A stretch of DNA of 63,728 bases, filler included, from an uncultured bacterium (GTDB lineage Bacteria; Latescibacterota; UBA2968): the NCBI GenBank assembly GCA_964471275.1. It is 6 parts of 6 records of this genome, joined end to end, with 100 filler letters (N's around TTAATTAATTAA, not from the genome) between each part and the next. Parts side by side here need not be neighbours in the genome. Positions count along the whole stretch, not along the records: positions 10,980 to 21,829 come from CAYYGZ010000165.1; positions 21,930 to 32,771 come from CAYYGZ010000166.1; 4 more parts are not named here. One strand, written 5' to 3'. Shown here piece after piece: positions 20,720 through 31,046 of this stretch (the first letter of the stretch is position 1; each line of letters opens with the position of its first letter). Below the pieces are notes generated by a model. It made no database searches. It saw nothing but the letters and a program-made list of their open reading frames with translations, and was not told where the DNA came from. The position numbers were made by a program, and so were the translations under genes.

Positions 20720-21029
20720 GGTGNNNNNNNNNNCTCCTTTACGTGCAGTTTTTGAGGGCCTGCAGTATAATCGATAACTTCCAGTACAAACAGGAGAAGC
20801 TAGGGCAGAAAGTGGAGGCCTGATCCCGTGAGGGATACCTGCCGGATGGCAGTTCCTCGCACTGGATACCCGTCGCCTTCTCACAGCCAGGCAGATCCAG
20901 TACTGCAGTGTCCATCGGTCTCCGTATTGACCTCCGTGATTGGCTTTCTTATGTACGCCATGTCATTGCACGCGCCGCTGTACGGATGTGTTTGCGAAAC
21001 GACTCAGATATATGAGGAGCCACGATGAC

Positions 21030-21829
21030 ATGTTGAATCAAACCGCCCAAGCGAAGAAGGTAGTCCTAGTCAATCCAGCACCGGACTATGATCCGGAGGC
21101 ACGGTGTCGCTCCAATGCGGCTATTGGAACTGGTGCTCCGCTGGGGCTTGTTCTGCTGGCCACGTGTCTGAGCAATCATGGCTTTGCTACGCGCATCGTG
21201 GATGGTCAATACCAGGACTGCAACGACGTTATTCAGGAGGAACTCGCCGGCGGGGATGTCCTGTGTGTAGGATTCTCTGTCATGAGTTCACAATTTGGGC
21301 AAGCACGGCAACTCTCTGTTGGCGTGAAGGAGCACTCTCCTGATATCCCTGTCGTATGGGGAGGTTTCCACCCGACTATCTTCCCAACGGAAACTGCGAC
21401 CAATCTGTTTGTGGATTTCGCAGTGGTTGGCGAGGGGGAATGGGCCCTGCTCAAACTGTGCCGTTACTTGGCTGGCGAGAAACCGCTAGACGACGTAGGT
21501 AACCTCGTCTTTCGCAGTAAGGACGGGATAGCGGCAAGTCCACCAGAAGCGCTGTCCACATTCGATGAACTCCCAGACCTGGAGTGGGAGATGCTGGACG
21601 AGATGGAGCCGTACATCAGGAAGATCAATGCCCTCAGCCACAAAACGCGATACATGACGATTCTGACTGGGTTGGGGTGCAACTTCCGGTGCACGTTCTG
21701 TCACAACGCTATATTGGGTAAGAAGCACCGCATGCGTTCCGCGGAGAGCATCGTGGACGAAATGAATCGTCTTCACGAGAAGTACGGCGTAGTCGAATTT
21801 GGATTTGCAGACGAGAACTTCTTTGCTGA
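21030..21829 (+). CDS. B12-binding radical SAM protein (3' truncated)
   Basis: PLGLVLLA, VVWGGFHPT, VVGEGE, GCNFRCTFC and FADENF motifs. Confidence 0.9.
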
Positions 21830-21929
21830 NNNNNNNNNNNNNNNNNNNNNNNNNNNNNNNNNNNNNNNNNNNNTTAATTAATTAANNNNNNNNNNNNNNN
21901 NNNNNNNNNNNNNNNNNNNNNNNNNNNNN
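21830..21929. other. Artificial contig linker
   Basis: N-run with central TTAATTAATTAA. Confidence 0.98.
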
Positions 21930-22496
21930 GTCGAAATGATGCACGGATCCTTCGAATAGGAGACCAAAGTCCATGTCGTGACGCCATTGTTTTCCCCACG
22001 ATCCTGGTTTTCGGTAGTCACAGGCGTATCGCCCGAGGATGTGCTGAAGTCTGCCTAGCCGCCCCTCGTCCCGAATCCGAATCAGTTCCTGCTTGTTCGG
22101 TTCGTATCGGTAATTCTGGATGATGGCGCACGGCTGGCCGGATCGGTTAGCGGCTGCTACCATGGCGTTCGCTGATTCGAGCGTATCTGCTATGGGCTTC
22201 TCCGTGATCACGGGAAGCCCGGCATCCAGAGCCGCGATCACGGAGTCTCTGTGGAACTGGGGTGGTGTCGCGACCCCTACAAAGTCAGGCTTGCAGTTTG
22301 CCAGCGCCTCTTCTGTGGATGGGAACAGCTGGCCTGCGTCCAGGCCAAGGGCCTCGGATTGGTGCTCGAGGACCTCGGGCAGAACATCGACCAGACCGAT
22401 GATCCTGACACGATCGCTGAAATTTCGGGTCAGCCTGTCTATCCAGCCACCTGCCATTCCGCTTCCGCCTAACATCAACATCGTCTTATGTGCCAT
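21930..22496 (-). CDS. Gfo/Idh/MocA family oxidoreductase (3' truncated)
   Basis: LGGSGMA, ATPPQFH, EKP, QNYRY and SVHHFD motifs. Confidence 0.9.
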
Positions 22497-22517
22497 TATC
22501 TCAGTCTTCCTTCCATC

Positions 22518-24197
22518 TCATTGAATGCCCGTCGCTCGCCACTGTTTCTGCCACGTGAAGCCGGGAGTATCGAGCAACGGTGCTTCCGTGTCAATGGTCT
22601 GTCCGATCGATACCTTGAGTGCTTGACCCAAGGTCTCAGCTACATATGTGTTCGGTTTTACCTTGCGTGTGTGGCAGACGTGAGGAATCACGTCATCATC
22701 CGTCACCGCCACCCCGACTGCTATACGTGTTGGTTCCCATGCGATAATCTCGACAGTGAGCTGATCGGTCTGGTAGTCGTTCCAGAGGAAGGTCTTTACG
22801 GTCGGGTGCTCGACCGTCGGGTCCGTGAAGACGCAGAATGAGAACCGCATCGCCACACTGCCCGTTGACAGACCCAGTGTGTGGGCAGATAGGTCGAGAT
22901 AGTCGCCATTCCATACGGCATCGTCTACGAGGATCTGCGTGAACTCATCGGCAGGACCGAGCCGGAGCTTCGACCAGGCGTGCGGGGGTGCCGATTCCGG
23001 GCTGCTCTCGGGCACGTCCATAACGACGAGAGCGGCTGAACCCACCGTATCCGCGTAGGTAGCACATCGGACCAGTGATTCTTGATGGAGATAGATCAGA
23101 TGCTGGCGTCTACCCGGGTGCGCGATGGTGAGCGGAAGTTCCTGGTGCCCGTATGCGGGGCCTGACTTGGTTCCGAGCGCGAATCGGTCTCCGAAAACGG
23201 TCCTGCGTTCGATGTCGAGATCCGGAATCGTAGCGACGACGGTGGACCCCGACTTATCCCGTGTCGCGAATTCTCTGATTTGCTCGGGCGCCAGGTAGCT
23301 GGAGGATGCGGTAAACGGGGCGGTCAGGTTGATCGCAGTGTGTGGCTCATCCAACTGCTGATGAGCGATGTGATTTGTCATGCTGTTATGAAGCCAGTCA
23401 CCTGGGTATGCGCGAGACATAGCGCCGGCAAGCCCCCCCGAAGGTGTGTGGTAATGACAGCAGAAATCGGCGTAGAGGCAGGACAGCGTCTGCTCGATCT
23501 CTTCACACATCCCGGCCGGTGCGAAGTCGAGCATTCGGCCCAGGGGGGCCAGCGCCGTGACGATGTAGGTGGGGCTGTTGTATTCGGTGAAGCCTCCCTT
23601 CCCGGTTTCCGTGTACCAGGTGTGCCAATCGTGTTCGGCTTGAGCCAATACTTCCGGTCGCTCGAGCGCTCTGGAAAGTGTGAGCCGGGACAGGATGTTG
23701 AGGAGGAAGATGTTGGTGTACTGCCAACGCGGGCGGTGAAGGTCGAGACCGGATATGCACAGCTGAAGTGCGGTCTCGACCCGGTCGGCTGTATCATCCG
23801 TGAGCAGATCCCGGTAATCGTGGAAGACCAGACCGGCCTCGGGTGACCAGAAGGAAACCCCGTTCCGATCCCGGATCTCCGTCCAACCCACACGCCAAAA
23901 CATGTTTCCGTAGGTGGGTGAGCCCGGATCACGGTCCTGTTGCTCAGACATCGTCGTCAGTAGACGATTCAGGCGATGGTGCTCCTCGTCGCACGTGTCC
24001 GGGTAATCACGACACCAGTGTGCCAGGCTGACCGCATACCACGCAGAAGTCTGCACCACATCGAATCCCCAGCGATCTCTGAGTGTGTCCGACAGATTTG
24101 GCCGTACTACCAGACCCATGTCCTCTGCGTATACCTCATCGCCAAGCGATTTGCAACGCTCAAACATGCTCCGGTTTCTGTCCTGGATCGACGACAT
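22518..24197 (-). CDS. Hypothetical protein, probable alpha/alpha-toroid plus beta-sandwich (lyase/hydrolase-like)
   Basis: 559 aa with DRNGVSF, YTNI, EYNSPTY and AGAMSRAY motifs; sits in an operon with catabolic enzymes. Confidence 0.65.
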   Translation of the reverse strand: MSSIQDRNRSMFERCKSLGDEVYAEDMGLVVRPNLSDTLRDRWGFDVVQTSAWYAVSLAHWCRDYPDTCDEEHHRLNRLLTTMSEQQDRDPGSPTYGNMFWRVGWTEIRDRNGVSFWSPEAGLVFHDYRDLLTDDTADRVETALQLCISGLDLHRPRWQYTNIFLLNILSRLTLSRALERPEVLAQAEHDWHTWYTETGKGGFTEYNSPTYIVTALAPLGRMLDFAPAGMCEEIEQTLSCLYADFCCHYHTPSGGLAGAMSRAYPGDWLHNSMTNHIAHQQLDEPHTAINLTAPFTASSSYLAPEQIREFATRDKSGSTVVATIPDLDIERRTVFGDRFALGTKSGPAYGHQELPLTIAHPGRRQHLIYLHQESLVRCATYADTVGSAALVVMDVPESSPESAPPHAWSKLRLGPADEFTQILVDDAVWNGDYLDLSAHTLGLSTGSVAMRFSFCVFTDPTVEHPTVKTFLWNDYQTDQLTVEIIAWEPTRIAVGVAVTDDDVIPHVCHTRKVKPNTYVAETLGQALKVSIGQTIDTEAPLLDTPGFTWQKQWRATGIQ

Positions 24198-24205
24198 AGC
24201 AATAC

Positions 24206-24982
24206 TCAGAAGGCGTTGGGCCGGCCCTGTGCCCCATCTACAGGGATCGATGCGCCATTGACCCAGCTTGCTCGGTCAGAAGCGAGGAAGACGGTCACGT
24301 CGGCAATTTCACCCGGGGTGCCGAGCCGTTTCGATGGGAACTCATTTTGGGCGAAGCGAGCGTATTCTTCAGGGCTATCGACCTTAAATCGTTCCCAGCC
24401 GCCCCCTTCGAATACTGTGGATCCGGGACAGACTGTGTTGACTCGTACGCCGATCTCGGCGAGCTCCCAGGCCAATGCACCTGCCAGGAATATCTCCGAT
24501 GCTTTCGTTGCCCCATACTGGGCTCGCGAAGGGGCGGGTTTCCACCCGGAGATCGAAGAAATGATCGTAATCGACCCGCCATCGCCGCTCCTGAAGTGTG
24601 GGATGCTCGCGCGGGCTGCGCGCACGGCGTGGAACAGGTTGAGATCGAATGTCTTCATCCAATCTTCGTTGGTCGAGTCTTCCAGTCCCTCGCCCTCCCG
24701 GCCTCCGACGTTGCAGACTAGTGCGTCGAGCCTGCCCAGCTGTCCGACGGCGCGACCCACAAAGCTTTCCGTATCACCGGTATGGGTTACGTCAGCGACG
24801 ATACCGATCACTCGGGTGCCGTGTCTTTGGAGGTCCGTGACCGCTAGTTTCAGCTGAGACTCGTCACGTGCACAGATGGCGATGTCGGCTCCCTCTGCGG
24901 CGAAGCTGTGCGCGATGGCCCTCCCGATTCCACGGCTTCCGCCAGTGATGAGTGCCGCCTTGCCCTGTAGACGAAGGTCCAC
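24206..24982 (-). CDS. SDR family oxidoreductase
   Basis: TGGSRGIG, NVGG, YGATK and VNGASIPVDG motifs. Confidence 0.93.
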   Translation of the reverse strand: MDLRLQGKAALITGGSRGIGRAIAHSFAAEGADIAICARDESQLKLAVTDLQRHGTRVIGIVADVTHTGDTESFVGRAVGQLGRLDALVCNVGGREGEGLEDSTNEDWMKTFDLNLFHAVRAARASIPHFRSGDGGSITIISSISGWKPAPSRAQYGATKASEIFLAGALAWELAEIGVRVNTVCPGSTVFEGGGWERFKVDSPEEYARFAQNEFPSKRLGTPGEIADVTVFLASDRASWVNGASIPVDGAQGRPNAF

Positions 24983-25001
24983 GTCGATCTTGTCCTTTGG
25001 T

Positions 25002-26609
25002 TCAGTCCGGATACAGCCAGGGAACTCGCTGAATAATCCGGTCCCGCTGTTCCGCCATCATGACCTCGATAACGGTCGGCCCCTCGAGCCCTAGGACGTC
25101 CGCAAACACGGCTTCGAAGGAGTCCTGATCATCGACTCGGATCCCGTGGGCGCCAAACGCGTTAGCGGCATCGGCAAGACGGGGAACCTGCATTTGGGTA
25201 TCGATGACACGGCCATCGAATGTCTTTGCCTGTGATCCCCTGATTGCACTGAGGCTTCCGTCGTTTACGACGATGATCGTAATATCGATCCGGTGCTCGA
25301 CCGCGGTCGCCAATTCGAACGCGGTCATCTGGTAGCCGCCGTCACCGCAGAATGCGATGACCTGTCGATCGGGTCGACCGAGCTTTGCGCCGATCGCGGC
25401 AGGCAGGCCAAACCCCAGTGTGACTGAGTGACACGGGTAGAGGTAGGTCCGAGGCTCGTAGATGGGGAGTTCATCGAACGTCCGATAGCCCAGAGATGTC
25501 ACGTCCACGCAAAACAGCGCATCCTCATCTGTATGCTTTCGGATTGCCGCGAAGAGCTCGAGCGGTTGTGCAGCTGAACGGATCCGGTGGGCCATTTCCG
25601 AAGACTGCCGCATCCAGTCGGTGTCGGACCGCGCGGAGATCTGGTCGCACAGCTGTTCCAGACTGCACGACAGATCGCCCGAGGCGCCAGCCTCGATGTC
25701 ATATTCGCGTCCCAACTCATCTGCGTCGACATCCAGCTGTACCCGGTGATCCGGTATCGGCAGTTCCCAGCTTCTCGTGTCGATTTGCGTGAATCGACAT
25801 CCGATCGCGATCAGACCGTCGGCGCTTTCGAGAAGGCTACGTCCGACCTTCGCGTGACAGTGGCCGAACACGGCGGAGTGACGGTCGGATACCGCTCCCT
25901 TACCGAGCCGCGTGAAAAGGATCGGTGCGTCCAGTTTTTCCGCCAGCCGGATCGCTTCCGGTGAAGCTGCCGTGTCAGCGACGCTCTTCCCAACCAGAAT
26001 CACCGGCTTGCTGTAGCGCTCGATAGCGGCAGCCACGTCAGGGATCTCGGATGTTTTGGCACGAGGGAGCGTCGGCGCGATGCGAGCCGGGATGGACACT
26101 TCGGCGGACTCCGCTGCGATGTCGACCGGGAGTTCAAGGACGGCAGGCCCGGGGCGGGGAGAGCGGAGTGCCGTGAATACCCGTTGGACGGCGGCCGGGA
26201 TATCGCGGACGGCCTTCGGTCGCTCGAAGGCACGCGTGATCGGTCGGAAGAATGCCTCCTGATCGAGCCCGTGGAAACACTTGCTTCTGTCACGACTGTC
26301 GTAGGCGACCTCGGTACCACCTGTGATCAGGAGAACGGGAACAGAGTCTGTGTAGGCGTCGATGACTCCGGTCGAAGCGTTTGTGGATCCTGGGCCCGGA
26401 ACCGTCAGCGCTACCCCTGCTTCGCCTGTCGCGCGCGCATAGCCATTTGCGATCAGAGTTGCGCCCTGCTCGTTCCGGACAAGATAGTGATTGATGCTCG
26501 ATCTCAGCAGAGCATCATAGATCCAGATGTTCTGGTTCCCGGGCATACCGACGATGGTCGAAACGCCCTGGGCCTCCAGGCACGATACCAGAATTTCGCC
26601 ACCTGTCAT
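25002..26609 (-). CDS. Thiamine diphosphate-binding protein (acetolactate synthase large subunit-like)
   Basis: MTGGEILV, GMPG, RNEQGA, PGPG and GDGG...VND TPP motif. Confidence 0.92.
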   Translation of the reverse strand: MTGGEILVSCLEAQGVSTIVGMPGNQNIWIYDALLRSSINHYLVRNEQGATLIANGYARATGEAGVALTVPGPGSTNASTGVIDAYTDSVPVLLITGGTEVAYDSRDRSKCFHGLDQEAFFRPITRAFERPKAVRDIPAAVQRVFTALRSPRPGPAVLELPVDIAAESAEVSIPARIAPTLPRAKTSEIPDVAAAIERYSKPVILVGKSVADTAASPEAIRLAEKLDAPILFTRLGKGAVSDRHSAVFGHCHAKVGRSLLESADGLIAIGCRFTQIDTRSWELPIPDHRVQLDVDADELGREYDIEAGASGDLSCSLEQLCDQISARSDTDWMRQSSEMAHRIRSAAQPLELFAAIRKHTDEDALFCVDVTSLGYRTFDELPIYEPRTYLYPCHSVTLGFGLPAAIGAKLGRPDRQVIAFCGDGGYQMTAFELATAVEHRIDITIIVVNDGSLSAIRGSQAKTFDGRVIDTQMQVPRLADAANAFGAHGIRVDDQDSFEAVFADVLGLEGPTVIEVMMAEQRDRIIQRVPWLYPD

Positions 26610-27436
26610 GGCGTCGATCCTTCCGTTCGGGGGAAGACCGCACGAGTGGTAACAGGGAAACGGCCGGGAGCACAGGCCTGGCAGATCTGGATATCGCAGG
26701 CCGCGATTCTGAGTGCTTCTGCCGGATCTTTCGCGTCTCCGGTGGTAACCCAGCACTCAGGTCTCTCTATCCACGGGCGCGTGACCTGAACGCCTCTCAC
26801 CAGGCTTATACGAACCGTCACCCGGGCCGCCGCCTCGAGCCCGACCATCGTGATTTCACCGTCGCCCATACTCGCGTGAACATCGCCGAGCGCGAGCAAA
26901 GCGCCTGGCACTGCGATCGGGAGGTGAATCGTCGATCCCGTCGTGACGTATCGATTGTCCATATTGCCGCCGTGTGGGCCAGGATAGGCCGTTTCGACAG
27001 CCGCTGTTGCTGGCGCGGTGCCGATCACCCCGACCATCGGACGCACAGGAAAACAGATGCCGGTCGCGAAATGGACGGACCCATCCCGAATCTCGACGAC
27101 ACGCGTGGCTGAATCTCGTGCTCGATCTGACAACAGGCCGACGCCCTGCTTCACAGCCACAAAGGCGCTGTCGGCAAGTTCGATATCCAATATCTTGACC
27201 GTCAGACTGTCTACGGGTTGAGCGGATGTGACCGATACCGGTCCCGTGGCCGGGATCGATCCGTCAGGATGTGGATGGTCCAGGAGATCTCGGCTGGACC
27301 GAATTGTTCCCGTTCGCGCATCGTGCGTTTCGAACACGATGGTTTTGCCTGTCACAATTTGGAGGGCAGAAGGCGAGGCTCGATCGAGCGCGTAGACAAT
27401 CTGGTCTCTATGGATGGTTTTGGGCGTGCCGTGCAT
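26606..27436 (-). CDS. Acetamidase/formamidase family protein
   Basis: TGPV, PMVGVIGTAP, PGPHGGNMD and GDVHASMGDGE motifs. Confidence 0.88.
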   Translation of the reverse strand: MHGTPKTIHRDQIVYALDRASPSALQIVTGKTIVFETHDARTGTIRSSRDLLDHPHPDGSIPATGPVSVTSAQPVDSLTVKILDIELADSAFVAVKQGVGLLSDRARDSATRVVEIRDGSVHFATGICFPVRPMVGVIGTAPATAAVETAYPGPHGGNMDNRYVTTGSTIHLPIAVPGALLALGDVHASMGDGEITMVGLEAAARVTVRISLVRGVQVTRPWIERPECWVTTGDAKDPAEALRIAACDIQICQACAPGRFPVTTRAVFPRTEGSTP

Positions 27437-27567
27437 GGCTCCAGATCCGGTGGCGAAGGGCGCGCATGATGCAATCCGTCTGTGCGAGTGTCAAGCGGAT
27501 CACCGTGTGGCGTGACGGGCGCTTCGTGTTATATTCACCGTCCACTGAAACGGAAACACGGAGGCTT

Positions 27568-28716
27568 ATGATCACGACTAAGGAAGCCCTCGGTGAGGTT
27601 TGCCGCGAAGCCACAGATGCGGGGTTGATCGGACTGGATACCGAGTTTGTGTGGGAACGAACGTATTACCCGCAGTTGGGTGTTGTGCAACTGTCGATCG
27701 ACAAAGACCGGTGTTACCTTGTCGACACGATCGCGTTGACCACGTATGAGCCGCTGGCGGGAGTCCTGGCAGACGCGCAGGTAGTCAAGATTCTACACGA
27801 TTCTCCGCAGGACCTGACGATTCTGAAGCGACTCACCGGTACAGCGCCACGCAACATCTTCGACACCCGCATCGCAGCCGGCTTTGTCGGACTTCGTGCG
27901 TCGCTATCGCTGCAAGACCTGGTGAAGTACATCCTGAAGCATTCACTCGGTAAGACAGAGACCCGAACGGATTGGCTGAAGCGACCTCTGTCCGGAAAAC
28001 AGATCGAATACGCGCTGGATGACGTGCGCTACCTGCCCGAACTGCGCGAACGTATCGTCAAGCGAGCGGATCGAAATTGTCGCTCTGCGTGGATGGAGCA
28101 GGAGCTTGCGCAGCTGGATAACCCGGCTGCATATGAACCGCGGGATCCTCAGGAGCAGTATATGCGAGTGAAAGGGGCGGGACGCGTGTCAGATTGCGAT
28201 TTGGGGACGCTCCAGTCCGTAACGGCCTGGCGGGAACACGCGGCCGAAGATCTAGATCTGCCGAGACGCCACGTGGTTTCTGACGAGGTCCTCGTGGCGG
28301 TGTCCAAGATGAGACCGACCACAATCGACAAGCTCAGACAGATCCGGGCTGTTCAGACGAGTGTCGTGGATCGGCACGGACAGGATTTACTCAATGCGGT
28401 CTTAGACGGCAGAGAGCGTCGTCTCACGCCGTTGCCCAAATCAAACCAGTCATCTCCAAGAGATGATGTTCGTGTCGAATTCGGCCTTGCTTTTGTACGA
28501 GGCAGAGCCCTGGATGAAGGTGTCGATCCTGCGTTGATCGGATCGCGCAACGATGTACGGGACGCGGTGCTAAACGGCGCTGCGGGTGAAGAGGCCAAAC
28601 TGATGACGGGGTGGCGGAAGGACTTCGTTGGTGAGGATCTTCAGAGAGTGCTGCGCGGTGACTGCGGGCTGCGGATCGGTGGTAAACAAGGGCTTCCCAG
28701 GGTCGTTGAAGACTAG
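27568..28716 (+). CDS. rnd: Ribonuclease D
   Basis: DTEFVWERTYYPQL, FDTRIAAG, DWLKRPL and YALDDV exonuclease motifs, then an HRDC domain and C-terminal GWR. Confidence 0.92.
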   Translation: MITTKEALGEVCREATDAGLIGLDTEFVWERTYYPQLGVVQLSIDKDRCYLVDTIALTTYEPLAGVLADAQVVKILHDSPQDLTILKRLTGTAPRNIFDTRIAAGFVGLRASLSLQDLVKYILKHSLGKTETRTDWLKRPLSGKQIEYALDDVRYLPELRERIVKRADRNCRSAWMEQELAQLDNPAAYEPRDPQEQYMRVKGAGRVSDCDLGTLQSVTAWREHAAEDLDLPRRHVVSDEVLVAVSKMRPTTIDKLRQIRAVQTSVVDRHGQDLLNAVLDGRERRLTPLPKSNQSSPRDDVRVEFGLAFVRGRALDEGVDPALIGSRNDVRDAVLNGAAGEEAKLMTGWRKDFVGEDLQRVLRGDCGLRIGGKQGLPRVVED

Positions 28717-28855
28717 GGGAGGAGAAAGAGCGTCGCAAGAAAGCGGAGAGCGTTCCAGGCTCCAAGGAGAAACGGTGGTACGAGCCCAAAGGGCGATTTC
28801 TGTTCCGTGTGGAACCTGGATGGCCCTCTTTGTCGCCCTGGAACGTGTTGTCCGT

Positions 28856-29911
28856 TTAGTGGAAATCTTCCTGTAACGCACGAGAATCGATTTCTCGTTC
28901 TGCTGCCTCACGATCGGACTCGGTCTCGATGGACTTGATCGTTACGCCTGGCTCCGGACGAGGTCTGAGTATCCTGCTCGCACCCGCCAATTGGACGGCT
29001 TCGACAACGGGTTTAGGATCAAGCGTGAGAGCGATGATCGTGCCGCCTCCGCCCGCACCAGAAAGCTTCGCCCCCAGAGCGCCACCCTCCAAGGCTGCTT
29101 CGATCAGACTGTCGTTCTCGGGGCCGGAACCCCCTAGGCCCTTCTGGATGCTGTGGTTCTCTACCATCAGCTCGCCCAACAGATCCCAGTCGGAATCGAG
29201 TATCGCACGCTTTCCCATCCGGGCGAGATGGGCGATCCGATTGTAGCAGCGCGTTACTTCTCGGTCTCCCTCGATCCAGCGCTCACGGATGGGTTTGTGC
29301 ACTGTAGCGGAACTGCGCTTGACACCCGTGTGTGCGAGAATGAACGGGAAGGACTCCGTATGCGGCGTAAGGGATTCGATCGTGGCGTAAGGTTCATAAC
29401 CAAAGGAGCGATAGAACTGTTTGCGTCTGAAATCCATGTAGTTGATGCCGCCGAATGTGCACATGTAGGCATCCTGATACCCGCAAAGGACGAGGTAGTG
29501 AAGCTCGATGTGTCGTGCCATTTCGGCTCTGGCGTAGAGATGCTCGTCTCGACCGATGAATGCGAGGACCGCGCTGAGCATGGAGACCATCATCGCGGAG
29601 GAACTCGAGAGCCCTGCGCTGAAGGGAACGTTGCACGACCATCGGAGTGAAAACCGAGCGTCACTCAGATCGAGAAAATCGCAAATGGCCTTTGCGACAT
29701 CGAAGTAGCCGCCGTCGAGTGCCAGATCGTCAGGTCTGTCGATGACGAGAGTTTCACCTGCGACCTCGAAGGAGAGTCGGTTGGAGGGTTCGATCAAGAC
29801 GACCGCGCGCTCGCGTGTCGAGCAGGAGATCACGCTGCCACCATACATATCTGTGGGGTTTCCAATGATGCCGGCTCTACCGGGAGCTGTTGCGAGGAAT
29901 GTCCCTGACAT
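28856..29911 (-). CDS. GHMP family sugar kinase (glucuronokinase-like)
   Basis: GRAGIIGNPTD, PFSAGLSSS, GYQD and KLSGAGGGG motifs. Confidence 0.85.
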   Translation of the reverse strand: MSGTFLATAPGRAGIIGNPTDMYGGSVISCSTRERAVVLIEPSNRLSFEVAGETLVIDRPDDLALDGGYFDVAKAICDFLDLSDARFSLRWSCNVPFSAGLSSSSAMMVSMLSAVLAFIGRDEHLYARAEMARHIELHYLVLCGYQDAYMCTFGGINYMDFRRKQFYRSFGYEPYATIESLTPHTESFPFILAHTGVKRSSATVHKPIRERWIEGDREVTRCYNRIAHLARMGKRAILDSDWDLLGELMVENHSIQKGLGGSGPENDSLIEAALEGGALGAKLSGAGGGGTIIALTLDPKPVVEAVQLAGASRILRPRPEPGVTIKSIETESDREAAEREIDSRALQEDFH

Positions 29912-30816
29912 TAGAAGTCGCGGAGGCGCTGCTGGAAGTATTGTCTGATCCGATACCCGTATTGTTGATCCGAGAGCGCGAAGTCTATGAATGATCGGAA
30001 GTAACTTTCGGGATTGCCGATGTCGTAGCGATGCTCCTCCTTCTTCAGGTGTATGCATCTGACCTTCCGCCCCATCCGGATCAGGCTCCGGATCGCATCG
30101 GTCAGCTCAATTTCCCCCCGGTAACCCGGTGCGGTTCGGTCTATGGCGTCGAAGATCTCGGATGTAAGTATGTATCGACCCGCGACGGCCAGACGGCTTG
30201 GCGCCTCATCTGCGGAGGGCTTTTCGATGATATCGTCGATCTCGAAGTCCTTGCGTCCGCGGCCGACGGGAGAGACGATCCCGTATTGAGAAACCTCGTC
30301 GGGCTCGACCGTCGTGACCGCGATTGTGCAAGTCGACTCATTCTCCGTATGCGATTTGATCATCCGTCGAATCAATCCCGCGTGGTTCCCCGATCGGATA
30401 ATCGTATCGCCCAGGGCGACGATAAAGGGTTCGGAAGTGACGAAATCCTTTGCGGTTCTGACTGCGTCACCCAATCCCGCCGGGGTGTGCCGCCCCTTGG
30501 GGATCATCTGGCGGGTGTAGAAGAACCGCGCACCTTCCTTTTCGTAGTCTGTCTCTTCGAGCAGCTGTTCTTCGCCGACTTGAGACAGATAGTTGATCAG
30601 TTCAGGATCCCGGTCGAAGTGATCCTCGATGGTTCGCTTGTTCCGCCCCGTGATGAACATGACTTTTGTCACGCCCTGCTCGACCATCTCTTCAACGACA
30701 TACTGCACGACGGGTTTGCGTCCTACCGGAAGCATCTCCTTCGGCTGAGACTTGGTCGCTGGGAGGAGTCTTGTGCCCGGTCCTGCAACCGGAATAATGA
30801 CCTTCTGGATTTCCAT
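29911..30816 (-). CDS. galU: UTP--glucose-1-phosphate uridylyltransferase-like nucleotidyltransferase
   Basis: VAGPGTRLLPATKSQPKEMLP, GLGDAV, LGD, EKP, GRYIL, EIELTDA and YDIG motifs. Confidence 0.8.
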   Translation of the reverse strand: MEIQKVIIPVAGPGTRLLPATKSQPKEMLPVGRKPVVQYVVEEMVEQGVTKVMFITGRNKRTIEDHFDRDPELINYLSQVGEEQLLEETDYEKEGARFFYTRQMIPKGRHTPAGLGDAVRTAKDFVTSEPFIVALGDTIIRSGNHAGLIRRMIKSHTENESTCTIAVTTVEPDEVSQYGIVSPVGRGRKDFEIDDIIEKPSADEAPSRLAVAGRYILTSEIFDAIDRTAPGYRGEIELTDAIRSLIRMGRKVRCIHLKKEEHRYDIGNPESYFRSFIDFALSDQQYGYRIRQYFQQRLRDF

Positions 30817-31046
30817 AATTGTCCTCTGAACCGGGTTTTGATTTGCTGCATTCTTGAGCAGAGCATCTTGACGATGAATGCCATAAGCCTTAACGTTTCA
30901 AAGGCTTATTGCGATGTCGCGGCTCGTCGAACCTTTCCAAATGATAGGTGTGCCCTGTTGCCAAATCAAGGTCAAATCCTGATTCTGCAGTTCGTAGGCC
31001 AACCCAATAAGCACGTTTTTAAACAGTAAGTTACGGCGGCAGAACC

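Noticed and set aside
14826..20733. Apparent shortening of the TIM-barrel gene and N-terminal extension of AOR
   Set aside because: Both coincide with 10-N scaffold gaps (14826-14835 and 20724-20733).
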